Shown here piece after piece: positions 38,085 to 46,603 of a stretch of DNA of 64,000 nt (positions are counted from its first letter, which is position 1; every line of letters starts with the position of its first letter). This stretch comes from a virus. The position numbers and the translations under genes are program-made. Under the pieces are notes generated by a model. The model did not search any database and was not told the origin of the DNA. It was given only the letters and a program-made list of their open reading frames with translations. The DNA is taken from IMG/VR virus record IMGVR_UViG_3300021962_000056, positions 28,532 through 92,531 of that record, one strand, 5' to 3'.

Positions 38085-38504
38085 ATGAATACAAAAACCA
38101 TACTACGCAACATGAAACCCGGAGAGAGCATCCTCATCTCTGGAGCTATGGCCTCCGAGGCAGATCAGATGGGTGGGTTTGCCGTCCAAGGCAATTACAT
38201 CGTCTGCATCAACGATCCGAAGCGTTACGACCCACCGATCATCTTCGGTCCCGACGGGTACCGCCGTGGATTCAACTGGATCAAAAACCTGCCTCCGGTT
38301 GGATGGACAGGCACGACCACTGAACTCAAGGCCTACGTCCGCGATCCAGAGACGCTCACCTCATTCGGTCGTCGTCTACGGATCTTCAACGAAGCGACTA
38401 AGTGCTTTGATCGCATGACCAAGTGCTCTAACCGCCCCTGGCGAGTCCGGGAAATCCCCGAGGAATACGACCTCATCGACACCTTCATCAAGGATCCACA
38501 GTGA
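38085..38504 (+). CDS. Hypothetical protein
   Basis: Preceded by TTGACA-N17-CATCGT-N8-ATG. Confidence 0.6.
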   Translation: MNTKTILRNMKPGESILISGAMASEADQMGGFAVQGNYIVCINDPKRYDPPIIFGPDGYRRGFNWIKNLPPVGWTGTTTELKAYVRDPETLTSFGRRLRIFNEATKCFDRMTKCSNRPWRVREIPEEYDLIDTFIKDPQ

Positions 38505-38869
38505 ATATCCTCACCCGACTCATGCGCCTGCGAGCAGACGGAGGACTCCACCGTGGTGTACACCATCCTGCCGTTTGGGAACGAGCAGTGATGCTGGCGA
38601 AACTCATGCCGCATCTGGAGATCACAGAATTCTCCATCACCTCGAATTACAACTGCCCTAAGATCGACCTCATCATAGCCAACGAAGGCCGAGAAATCGA
38701 CTTCCCAGACGGCGGCACACATACCCTCAAGGATATCTGGGAGGCTCAACTGAACCCTCGACCCAAGATCGAAACCCTCGAACTACATCTTCGACTCCTG
38801 GCAAAGCACTTTCCGAAATTGGTGAAGAAAAGGCACAAAGAGCGAGTCATCATCTGGTCATTCAAGTAA
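38501..38869 (+). CDS. Hypothetical protein
   Basis: GTGA-coupled to the previous ORF. Confidence 0.55.
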   Translation: MNILTRLMRLRADGGLHRGVHHPAVWERAVMLAKLMPHLEITEFSITSNYNCPKIDLIIANEGREIDFPDGGTHTLKDIWEAQLNPRPKIETLELHLRLLAKHFPKLVKKRHKERVIIWSFK

Positions 38870-39392
38870 ACGCGTAAATTCTCACCCCCTCTAGTAGGGG
38901 GTGTTTTGTAGGGCCTGTGAGGGGTGTAGCCGTACCCTCACCAGCGTTTTTCGCCTGGTTCTTAAGGGTTTCCGGAAAATAATCCGAAAAGTAGGGGGGT
39001 GGCTTAAACTTATTGGTTCCAAATGCAGGAAACGTTTCTGCTTCGTTTGCCGACGAAGCCACACATAAACCCGCATTGCGGAACCATTAATATCAGCTTT
39101 ACCCCATACTACCACTACCAGAAGAGAGTTAAGTGCTGAGAATGAGGGCAAAAACGTGGGGTGAGGGTCTGAGGATACCCCTACTAGCCCCCTCTAACCC
39201 CCTAGTTTGGTTTGGAAAGTGTCCTAGGTATTGGGGAGGGGGTCCCACGGCGACCAGTCACCGGGCCGGGCCCCCTCCCACCCCACCCCGTGGGGACGGT
39301 CCAGCCCGTAAGGTATCCTTTATGGGTCCCACGGCCAGAGACCCGGGCAGCATGCCGTGCTAGCACCGTCGGCCGGCCATGCTAGCACCGGC
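38870..39392. other. Non-coding region with inverted repeats and G/C tracts (candidate origin and/or packaging site)
   Basis: CTAGTAGGGG / CCCCTACTAG inverted pair, C-run tract at 39271-39289, tandem TGCTAGCA. Confidence 0.4.
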
Positions 39393-39731
39393 TCAGGCAC
39401 CGAGGTCAGGGGGAACGGCCGGGCTCACGTCCAGCATCGGGGCGGAGGGGCGCTTTCCACCAGATGCGGCGGGGCGGCGGGGGATCCCGAGGAGGTCGAT
39501 TAGCTGGTCCTGCACCGAGACCATGGCCTTGGCGGCGGAGATCCTTTCGTCGGCAGGTGCGGTCGGGTTTTCGGCAATGTCCCCGAGGTCCCCGGCAACG
39601 CGACGCAGGCGGAGAACCATTTGAGCCGGCAGCGTGGCCCTTGCGACCGCTAGAACCGTCCCCGTCCGGTGTTCTCTTCGGCTCAGACTTTTCGGGCTCA
39701 AATCGGGGGTGACTTTTTCTAGCGTCGGCAT
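39393..39731 (-). CDS. Putative terminase small subunit (phage A)
   Basis: Helical ERISAAKA...LIDLLG; same position as TerS of B (divergent from early operon, followed by a G-rich tract). Confidence 0.45.
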   Translation of the reverse strand: MPTLEKVTPDLSPKSLSRREHRTGTVLAVARATLPAQMVLRLRRVAGDLGDIAENPTAPADERISAAKAMVSVQDQLIDLLGIPRRPAASGGKRPSAPMLDVSPAVPPDLGA

Positions 39732-39807
39732 GACTGACAATGACTGACGCAACCCCAATTTCAACCAATGTTTGCCGAGGTTTTCCGTGAAATCTGATTC
39801 TGAGGGG

Positions 39808-39836
39808 TTGACACATAAAGCGCTCTATGCAAGACT
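39808..39836 (+). promoter_or_regulatory. Early promoter
   Basis: TTGACA-N17-AAGACT with an upstream TG. Confidence 0.6.
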
Positions 39837-39849
39837 ACGGCTCCACGGT

Positions 39850-39963
39850 ATGAAAAACACAACGAAACGCACTCTCCGAAACGTAGCGCTGGCGCTGCTG
39901 GCGCTGGCTGTTCTGGCCCTTTTGGGCTGGCTCGAAACTCAGGCCGGACTCCCCAACCACTAA
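39850..39963 (+). CDS. 37-aa single-TM peptide, first early gene
   Basis: MKNTTKRTLRNVALALLALAVLALLGW. Confidence 0.6.
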   Translation: MKNTTKRTLRNVALALLALAVLALLGWLETQAGLPNH

Positions 39964-39982
39964 CCCAAACCAAACCGAAACT

Positions 39983-41056
39983 ATGGAATACAACGAAATC
40001 GAAACCGCGACGGTGCAAGCCCTCCGCGATGAATGCCGGAAACTGAAGCTTGGCACTGGAATGCAAATTGCCGGCGCTTCCAAAGCCACGTTGCAATCGG
40101 CCCTCCGGGCCAATGCATGGCCGGCCCCGGCCCCTGCATCCGATCCAGCGGCGGCACTGACGGCCGCACTGGCCGCACTCATGCCGGCCCCCGGGATGGA
40201 CGAGGAACGGGTGAGGGCCCTGATTCGCGAAGAGATCCCGGCCCCGCCGACGATTCGGGTTGTGGTCCCCGATCGGCCCGAGGTTGAAATGTCCCGGCAG
40301 CATGAGCGGTTTCCCCTGTTGCTTCAGACGCTGGCCGTCGGCCTGAACGTGTTGTTGGTGGGCCCGGCCGGCACCGGGAAAACCACGGCGGCACGGAAAG
40401 CGGCGGAGGCCCTCGGGCTTGGGTTCTCATGCCTGAGCGTCGGGCCCCAGACTTCCAAGTCTGACCTGCTGGGCTTCATCGACGCTGGGGGGACCTACCG
40501 GGAGAGCCTGTTTGTCCAAGCCTACCGCGACGGCGGCGTGTTCCTCTTGGACGAGATTGACGCTGGAAACGCCGGCGTGCTGACGGTCCTGAATGCGGCG
40601 CTGGCCGGCGACGTGATGGCCACGCCGGCCGGTATGGTGAGCCGGTCCCCCCGGTTTCTGACGGTGGCCGGGGCGAACACCTACGGGCAGGGGGCCTCCC
40701 GGCAGTATGTGGGCCGCAACCAGCTGGACGCCGCCACGCTGGACCGCTTCGCCGTTTTGGACTGGCCAGTGGACGAAGGACTGGAAGCCGCGATGATCGG
40801 CCTCCCGGCTCCGGCTCCGGCGCTGGACGTGGCCCGGGGCGGGTTGGTGGATCCGGCCGGGTGGCTGGGCCGGGTGCGTGCCGTGCGTGCGGCGTGCGAG
40901 AAACAACAGGTGCGTGCCGTGGTTTCGCCGCGAGCGACTCAGGCCGGCGTGGCGCTGCTAGCGGCCGGCGTGGGCCGGTTCTGGGTTGAGGAAATGGTCC
41001 TCTGGCGTGGGATGCCGGCCGATGCCCGGGCCCGAGTGGAAGGGGGCTGCAAGTGA
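39983..41056 (+). CDS. MoxR/CbbQ-type AAA+ ATPase
   Basis: GPAGTGKT, FLLDEID, LDAATLDRF, VSPRA. Confidence 0.9.
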   Translation: MEYNEIETATVQALRDECRKLKLGTGMQIAGASKATLQSALRANAWPAPAPASDPAAALTAALAALMPAPGMDEERVRALIREEIPAPPTIRVVVPDRPEVEMSRQHERFPLLLQTLAVGLNVLLVGPAGTGKTTAARKAAEALGLGFSCLSVGPQTSKSDLLGFIDAGGTYRESLFVQAYRDGGVFLLDEIDAGNAGVLTVLNAALAGDVMATPAGMVSRSPRFLTVAGANTYGQGASRQYVGRNQLDAATLDRFAVLDWPVDEGLEAAMIGLPAPAPALDVARGGLVDPAGWLGRVRAVRAACEKQQVRAVVSPRATQAGVALLAAGVGRFWVEEMVLWRGMPADARARVEGGCK

Positions 41057-41835
41057 AGCGGACCACGATCGAATGCGACGGGCTGGCGGCGTTCCTGAGC
41101 CCGGGGCCCCGGTTGGCTCTGGATCGCGACTCCAGCGAGTCTGGATCGGCGGAATTTACTGGGAGCCGATCTTATGCGGAGGCGGTCCAGATTATGCGCG
41201 ACGGGTGGCCGGAAGGTGCCGAACAGGCCCGGGCCCTGAGTGCCCAGCTGGGCGCCGAAACGGCCGACAGTCTGACGTGCGAGCGGCCGGCCCCCGTTTG
41301 GGACGTGGCCGGCGATGATGCCGACGTGGCGCGATATCTGGAAGGCGAGCCCGAGAACATGGTGGCTTGGATGCCTGAGCCCGTGCCGGCGGCGGGGCGG
41401 GTTGTCCGGCTCCTCCTCGGTGGCCGGGTGGCGTATCACGTGACGGCCGAAATGATGCGCACGGCGGCCGTCATGCTGGCGGCGGCGGCCGATGCGCTGG
41501 AAGCCCGAGGCGTGCGGGTGGAAATCGTGGTCGCCTATGCCGTGGCGTGGGGGTCAACGATGCTGGAAATCCGGCACCGTTTGAAAGCGGCCGAAGAGCC
41601 GCTGGACCTGCCACGGGTTGTGGCCGGGATGCATCCCTCAGCGTTCCGGCGGGTGGCGTTCCGCTGGATGGAGACCGTGGCGGACCTGCCGGCCGGGTAT
41701 GGTTGCGGCGGGACCATCACGGTGGCCGACGGGGACGTAGTCCTGAACATCGAAAAGCTATCGGCAATCAGGCCCGACGGCCGGGCGGCGTGGCTGAAAG
41801 AACAGGCCGAGGCGGTGCTGGGAATCCCGGCCTGA
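41053..41835 (+). CDS. AAA partner protein, vWA/CobT-like (DUF7192-like)
   Basis: DVARYL.GEPE.M, DALEARGVRVEI, HPSAFRR; coupled to the ATPase. Confidence 0.7.
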   Translation: MKRTTIECDGLAAFLSPGPRLALDRDSSESGSAEFTGSRSYAEAVQIMRDGWPEGAEQARALSAQLGAETADSLTCERPAPVWDVAGDDADVARYLEGEPENMVAWMPEPVPAAGRVVRLLLGGRVAYHVTAEMMRTAAVMLAAAADALEARGVRVEIVVAYAVAWGSTMLEIRHRLKAAEEPLDLPRVVAGMHPSAFRRVAFRWMETVADLPAGYGCGGTITVADGDVVLNIEKLSAIRPDGRAAWLKEQAEAVLGIPA

Positions 41836-41924
41836 GCAGAGCACGGCCGGCCCTGCGGGGCTGGTCCTCTCTGCCCAGAGTGGGCCGACGGTGCCGGGCC
41901 GGTCCCGGTTGTTGAGTAGATGCC

Positions 41925-42551
41925 ATGAAGAAAAACAAAGGACAGGTGCGGTTTAATACCCTGCGGGTTGACCCAGCGGCCGGAACCATCACGCCGGCGC
42001 TGGACTCTTTCGAGAGTGCCCGGGAATGGATCGGGGCGGACCTGCTGGAGTGCGTGCGGTGCGGATCCGGCGTTGACTGCTGGATTGACGAAGAGGGAAT
42101 GCTCCGCGACGGGGCGGACCACTGGATCCTCGGGGGCGAGCAGCTGCTGGCCGGCCGGGCCGTGTTCGCCGGGACCGTGGATGGAGAATGGCGTGACCTA
42201 CCGATCCCGACCGGAGTCGTCGCAGCGGCGGTCAGCTGGATCCCGAAGGCGTTCAAGGCTCAGGCTCAGGAGATTGCCGACGGGATGCGGCCGGTGGCCG
42301 TGGCGTGGAACGCGGAAGGGATGGCGCAGCTGGAGAAGATGAACCGCGAGCACGCCGGCCGAGTTGAATTGCTGGCGGTGTCGGCGGTGCAGGGGAGGGA
42401 GACGCTCGGGCTCGGGGACGTGGTGACGTGCCCGGGAGGGATAACCGGATTCGTTCAGGCGATCGACGGGGACCGGGTGACGGTGTTGACCGTGGAAGGT
42501 GAGCCGGTGTTTGACCGGGCGGACCTCGAAAAGGTTTACATGGAGGACTGA
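41925..42551 (+). CDS. Phage early protein with DUF3846-like N-terminus
   Basis: IGADLLECV....DCWIDEEG...LAGRAVFAG. Confidence 0.6.
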   Translation: MKKNKGQVRFNTLRVDPAAGTITPALDSFESAREWIGADLLECVRCGSGVDCWIDEEGMLRDGADHWILGGEQLLAGRAVFAGTVDGEWRDLPIPTGVVAAAVSWIPKAFKAQAQEIADGMRPVAVAWNAEGMAQLEKMNREHAGRVELLAVSAVQGRETLGLGDVVTCPGGITGFVQAIDGDRVTVLTVEGEPVFDRADLEKVYMED

Positions 42552-42622
42552 CCCGGCGGTGGCTGGCGTGACAGGCGAGCCACCTGCGGATCGGTCCCCA
42601 GTAAGGACTGACCAGAAAAACT

Positions 42623-42910
42623 ATGAAGACAGAACAACACTACACCCCCGGCCCGTGGCACACACAAGGATGCACGATTTACGCCGGAAAAAACCGAGTC
42701 GCTCAAACGTGGGATGCCGAATACGACGGAATGCCGACACCCGCGATGGAAGCCGACGCTGGCCTGATCGCAGCGGCTCCGGAGTTGTTGGCGGCATTGG
42801 ACGGAATCCTCCAATGGTGGATGGAATCGGACGGCGGCGACGATATGCCGGCGGAATTGTTTGATCGGGCTCAGGCGGTGCTGAAGGTGGCCAAGGGAGG
42901 TGCGTTGTGA
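42623..42910 (+). CDS. Phage protein, TPGPW...LIAAAPELL family
   Basis: Motifs; homologue at 54194-54451. Confidence 0.75.
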   Translation: MKTEQHYTPGPWHTQGCTIYAGKNRVAQTWDAEYDGMPTPAMEADAGLIAAAPELLAALDGILQWWMESDGGDDMPAELFDRAQAVLKVAKGGAL

Positions 42911-43188
42911 AACGTGAACCTAACGCCTTTGATGCCGCCTTCGCAGCTGCGATGCTCGGCGCACGGATGGAGAACGCCAGTCTGGACACTCTGACGAGAG
43001 TGGCGCTGGCCGCGCTAGCGATAGCTGAATTGGAGGCTCAAGAGCATATCCCGGAAGGGTACTACGAGCCGCTGATTGACCGTGTCGCAGAGCGCTTAAA
43101 AGGCGGGTGGCCGGGTCACGCAAGGATGATAATCGGGGCGGCAGTGCGGGACGTGCTGGCCAACATGAAGGAGCGTGGCAATGAGTGA
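42907..43188 (+). CDS. Hypothetical early protein
   Basis: GGAGG RBS and GTGA coupling. Confidence 0.6.
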   Translation: MKREPNAFDAAFAAAMLGARMENASLDTLTRVALAALAIAELEAQEHIPEGYYEPLIDRVAERLKGGWPGHARMIIGAAVRDVLANMKERGNE

Positions 43189-43420
43189 CCTGACCATCGA
43201 GCGCGGCCGAGGTGCGACCTACGCGACGGACCGCTGGACGGTGTACGAGCACGGCGTCTACGAGCGCGGATCCGTGCTGGAAGGCCAGAGCCGGCGCGTC
43301 TGGCTGGATGACTTCGATACGCTGGATGAGGCGGTGATCGCTTACCCAGATGCGGACGTGATCGACGGCAGCACGTACCGGAAGCCAAGTCTGAACCACC
43401 TGCCCGGGGAGGACGAATGA
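43181..43420 (+). CDS. Hypothetical early protein
   Basis: AAGGAG RBS; coupled. Confidence 0.65.
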   Translation: MSDLTIERGRGATYATDRWTVYEHGVYERGSVLEGQSRRVWLDDFDTLDEAVIAYPDADVIDGSTYRKPSLNHLPGEDE

Positions 43421-43680
43421 CCCTCGCCGAAGCCGAACTTTCAACCCGCTTGGCCGCGCTGGTCGGGCCTGAGTCCGTCCGTGGTCCGATGCTCTCGGCC
43501 TACGATGCCCTGCTGCTAGCGCGGGAAATCCGCAGGTGGGGTCGTGACCTGCCGGTCGGGGCCGAGGAGTTTCTGGCCGGTTGTCTGCGCCGTCGTGAGC
43601 GCCGACTGACGAAGGATTCCGCTCGGGATCTGGTCGTGTTGGCCGTTGACTACTGCGGGAAACGGATTACGGTGTACTGA
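43417..43680 (+). CDS. Hypothetical early protein
   Basis: GGAGG RBS and ATGA coupling. Confidence 0.55.
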   Translation: MTLAEAELSTRLAALVGPESVRGPMLSAYDALLLAREIRRWGRDLPVGAEEFLAGCLRRRERRLTKDSARDLVVLAVDYCGKRITVY

Positions 43681-43698
43681 TTGAGATTGAGGTTACGC

Positions 43699-44040
43699 AT
43701 GAAACCTGAACTGCTAGCAGCACTGATCGCCGTGGAATCCGGCGGAAACGACCTGGCTCGGGGCCGGCACGGCGAACTCGGTGCTCTCCAGGTGCGACGC
43801 TGTGTCGTCACGGACGTCAACCGAGTCGTCGGGGGAAATTACCGATGGGCTGACATGACCAACCGAGTCGTTGCCACGAAGGTGGCTGATATTTACCTGA
43901 CCCACTGGTCGAAGCGTATCGGCCGGCCGGCGACTGACAGGGACCTTGCACTGATCTGGCATCACGGACCGAACGGGTGGAAACGCCCGGGCGGGGTGTA
44001 CTGGAAGCGAGTGCATGACCGAGTCGTCGCAGCGAAATGA
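43699..44040 (+). CDS. Lysozyme-like / transglycosylase-fold protein
   Basis: ALIAVESGG, GALQV, DVNR, IWHHGP; homologue at 53826-54191. Confidence 0.75.
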   Translation: MKPELLAALIAVESGGNDLARGRHGELGALQVRRCVVTDVNRVVGGNYRWADMTNRVVATKVADIYLTHWSKRIGRPATDRDLALIWHHGPNGWKRPGGVYWKRVHDRVVAAK

Positions 44041-44103
44041 CACGGAGCACGGTGGCCGGCGTGTCCGACCACCCTCTCCGCGCCAGTAACGCGGGAACAG
44101 ATT

Positions 44104-44403
44104 ATGGAAAACGAAACACCAGTTGAACCAACCGAGGTGCAGATTGCAGCCTCGAAACTCGGCCGTCGCGGCCGTGGCAAACCGAAGACCATCACTGATG
44201 AAGATCGCCAGCGGCGTTCCGACCAGATGAAGGAGATCAACGAGAAGCGCCGCACCGTGCGGGTGCAGGGCGTGGTCGTGAATTCGCCGGGCGGCAACAC
44301 GCAGGTCAACCAGATCGTGAAGACCATCCAGCCTGTCACCGACCCCCGAGTCGTCGCCGCTGTTGGCCGCACCGTCCGTGCTCAAGGGAGGATCGTGCAA
44401 TGA
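44104..44403 (+). CDS. Basic hypothetical protein
   Basis: AASKLGRRGRGKPK motif. Confidence 0.6.
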   Translation: MENETPVEPTEVQIAASKLGRRGRGKPKTITDEDRQRRSDQMKEINEKRRTVRVQGVVVNSPGGNTQVNQIVKTIQPVTDPRVVAAVGRTVRAQGRIVQ

Positions 44404-44591
44404 ATCGCAAAGTAACCATCGTGATCGAGGACGCTGAAGGTGGATTCAGCCTGTTGATTAACTCCGAACCGCCGCTGCCCACCGATGGCACCGTGCCTGA
44501 GCCGTCTGCCGCGTTGATCGCCGGCATGGTAGCTCGGCGTGCGATCGAGGAGTTGGTGCAATCGCAAAGCAAACCCGATGACAAAGACTGA
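44400..44591 (+). CDS. Hypothetical protein
   Basis: ATGA-coupled. Confidence 0.55.
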   Translation: MNRKVTIVIEDAEGGFSLLINSEPPLPTDGTVPEPSAALIAGMVARRAIEELVQSQSKPDDKD

Positions 44592-44880
44592 CCTGATCCA
44601 TGCGCTAGCCGAGGAGTGTGGTCTGCTGGTGCCTCACGCCCGGCAGATTGTCGATCGGATGTTCGACCTGATGATGGACGCAACATTGGCAGGTGGGTTT
44701 GAGGTACGCGGATTCGGCGTGCTGGAGACCCGAATGACCAAGCCGATGATCGGACGGAACCCGCTGAAGCCCGATGTCGAGATCGCGATTCCGCCCCGGC
44801 CGAAGGTCGTGTTCCGTCCGTCAAAGGAGTTTCGCGATCGGGCAATCAAAACACTTGCGGTTGGGGGTCGTAAGAAGTAG
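44578..44880 (+). CDS. HU/IHF-family DNA-binding protein
   Basis: MTKTDLI, RGFG, GRNP, VFRPSK. Confidence 0.9.
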   Translation: MTKTDLIHALAEECGLLVPHARQIVDRMFDLMMDATLAGGFEVRGFGVLETRMTKPMIGRNPLKPDVEIAIPPRPKVVFRPSKEFRDRAIKTLAVGGRKK

Positions 44881-44915
44881 GATACCACCGCTTGTAGTGC
44901 TGTTCATAGTTGTCT

Positions 44916-44950
44916 AGCCCCCTAGGATTGAGAGGTCCTAGGGGGTTTTT
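44916..44950 (+). terminator. Intrinsic terminator between converging operons
   Basis: CCCCTAGGATT-GAGA-GGTCCTAGGGG(G)-TTTTT. Confidence 0.85.
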
Positions 44951-45048
44951 ATTTGGGCTCCCTCCCCCGGCGTCCAGACCGAGAGAGGGATAGGCCGATA
45001 CCAAGCCGATGGATGGGAAAAACTAAGAAACCATCCCGACCACGTCGG

Positions 45049-45258
45049 TTACCCGAAGTTGGCTGATAGCACGCCTGGAATCCTGCGGAGATTCTCCAGG
45101 AGCGCGTCAGGATCCTGCGAGTTGGATACGCAGATTCCAATGAGATCCTTGCGAGCGCGCTCGCTGAGGTCCTTGGTGTCGATCACGACAACCCGGTTAC
45201 CGGAGAGAGCGATCCGATGGATGCCGGTGGATTGCTTCGATGATGCGGGCGTCTTCAC
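45049..45258 (-). CDS. Hypothetical protein
   Basis: Last ORF of the minus-strand run; start uncertain. Confidence 0.4.
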   Translation of the reverse strand: MKTPASSKQSTGIHRIALSGNRVVVIDTKDLSERARKDLIGICVSNSQDPDALLENLRRIPGVLSANFG

Positions 45259-45400
45259 GGGTCATGGCGATGTAGCGCTTCGAGACCTGCTGACAGGTCC
45301 AGCATGGATCTGGGTGACAGCCGCAGGCGATGCGTTCATGCAGCTGGTGGGCTATCGCTTTGAATCTGGAGAGTTCGTCGTTTGCGGCATTGGGTTCCAT
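45197..45400 (-). CDS. Small Cys-containing protein
   Basis: CGC...CWTC motif. Confidence 0.45.
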   Translation of the reverse strand: MEPNAANDELSRFKAIAHQLHERIACGCHPDPCWTCQQVSKRYIAMTREDARIIEAIHRHPSDRSLR

Positions 45401-45578
45401 GGTTGTGACGGTAGCGTTGGATGGTTGCGTAAGAGACATCAAGGATATGTGCTAGCTCGACATCGGTCACGTGCGGTGGCGCGCCTCTGATTGCCAGTTG
45501 CTTCTCGATTGGGATGCGCGGCCGGCCTAATGGTTTGATGAGGCCGAGGAGTTTTTTGATGCGGTGTATGAGGTTCAT
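45336..45578 (-). CDS. Small HTH protein
   Basis: GRPRI...TDVELAHILDVSYATIQRYR; ATGA-coupled. Confidence 0.55.
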   Translation of the reverse strand: MNLIHRIKKLLGLIKPLGRPRIPIEKQLAIRGAPPHVTDVELAHILDVSYATIQRYRHNHGTQCRKRRTLQIQSDSPPAA

Positions 45579-46117
45579 TCGCAGCTGTAGATTTCGGTTG
45601 TGGTTTTGAGATCCGTTGGCCACTCGGGCGCACAGAAAGAGTAGTCGTGGAACAGGACCTTGTCGGTCGGCTGGATCGTGAGCCGGCCGTTGTCCAGTTG
45701 GATGAAGCAGAACTCCTTGGCCTGTTCGGGATACCGAGAGAAGCCGTCGTCGATGGGCGCGGCGGTGAAGAGGTACTGGCCTTTGCGAAGCAGGCTACCA
45801 GCCTTCGCCTCGGCGGTGACGCCGCGCAGATAGGTGTACTCGATCGTCGAGAACTCCCGGCCGTAGCAGTCCCAGCGTTGAGCGTGCTCGATGCGCCAGT
45901 CAGGCTCTGGGTTCTCATGGAATGCTAGCGCGTGCGGTGGCACAGCCCGGTAGATCGCGCCGCATTCCAGCATGACCGTGCAGCCCCAGGCACGTCCAGG
46001 GATCGAGACCAAGCCGAACCAGACGCAGGGTTTGAACCCGTGCTCATTACTTATGAACGAGGCATCGACCCAGCAGTACTGGTGTGCTGGCAGCTGGCCT
46101 GATTGGGAGTAGGTCAT
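45575..46117 (-). CDS. Conserved phage protein of unknown function
   Basis: WFG..S.PGR, GA.Y..VP, QRWDCY, YLFT, LDNG motifs; coupled start. Confidence 0.7.
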   Translation of the reverse strand: MTYSQSGQLPAHQYCWVDASFISNEHGFKPCVWFGLVSIPGRAWGCTVMLECGAIYRAVPPHALAFHENPEPDWRIEHAQRWDCYGREFSTIEYTYLRGVTAEAKAGSLLRKGQYLFTAAPIDDGFSRYPEQAKEFCFIQLDNGRLTIQPTDKVLFHDYSFCAPEWPTDLKTTTEIYSCE

Positions 46118-46317
46118 GGAGTGGGTTTCGTGTAGAGGTAGATGCCGGTTTCCAGAAGCCGGTGAATCAGATAGCCTTGGTAGCTGAGGACCCATGCTGC
46201 CGGCGTCGGCTTGCGGTGGATCATTCCAACGGTCACGGCTTTCTTCGCTTGGGCGGCTTGGTAGAGTTCTGCGAGAGTGTTGAGTCGGGTCGGTGGAATA
46301 GGTGGGTTCTTCGGCAT
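46114..46317 (-). CDS. Hypothetical protein
   Basis: KPTPAAWVLS; coupled. Confidence 0.55.
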   Translation of the reverse strand: MPKNPPIPPTRLNTLAELYQAAQAKKAVTVGMIHRKPTPAAWVLSYQGYLIHRLLETGIYLYTKPTP

Positions 46318-46405
46318 GAGATGCAGGTCACTTTGGATTTATCTTCGGTGAGGTTTGGCAGGGATCGTCCGCACGCGCTGCGCAGGTAGCCGTAATAGTG
46401 GGTGG

Positions 46406-46603
46406 TCATGCTGGCTGGATGATGAAATCGAAGTTGGCCTTCCATGTTTCACCCAACCTGTTGTAGGTATCGGCCTTTATCTTCCAGCTGCGCGGATCCC
46501 GGGTGGCGCCGGTGTGACGGCATTTGATCCGGACGTCGATGTCTTGGATGGCTACGTTACGCAAACGGTGGTCTGGTGGGAGTTCGTGCAGGTGCTTGGT
46601 CAT
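46406..46603 (-). CDS. Hypothetical protein
   Basis: ATGA coupling with GAGG RBS. Confidence 0.6.
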   Translation of the reverse strand: MTKHLHELPPDHRLRNVAIQDIDVRIKCRHTGATRDPRSWKIKADTYNRLGETWKANFDFIIQPA

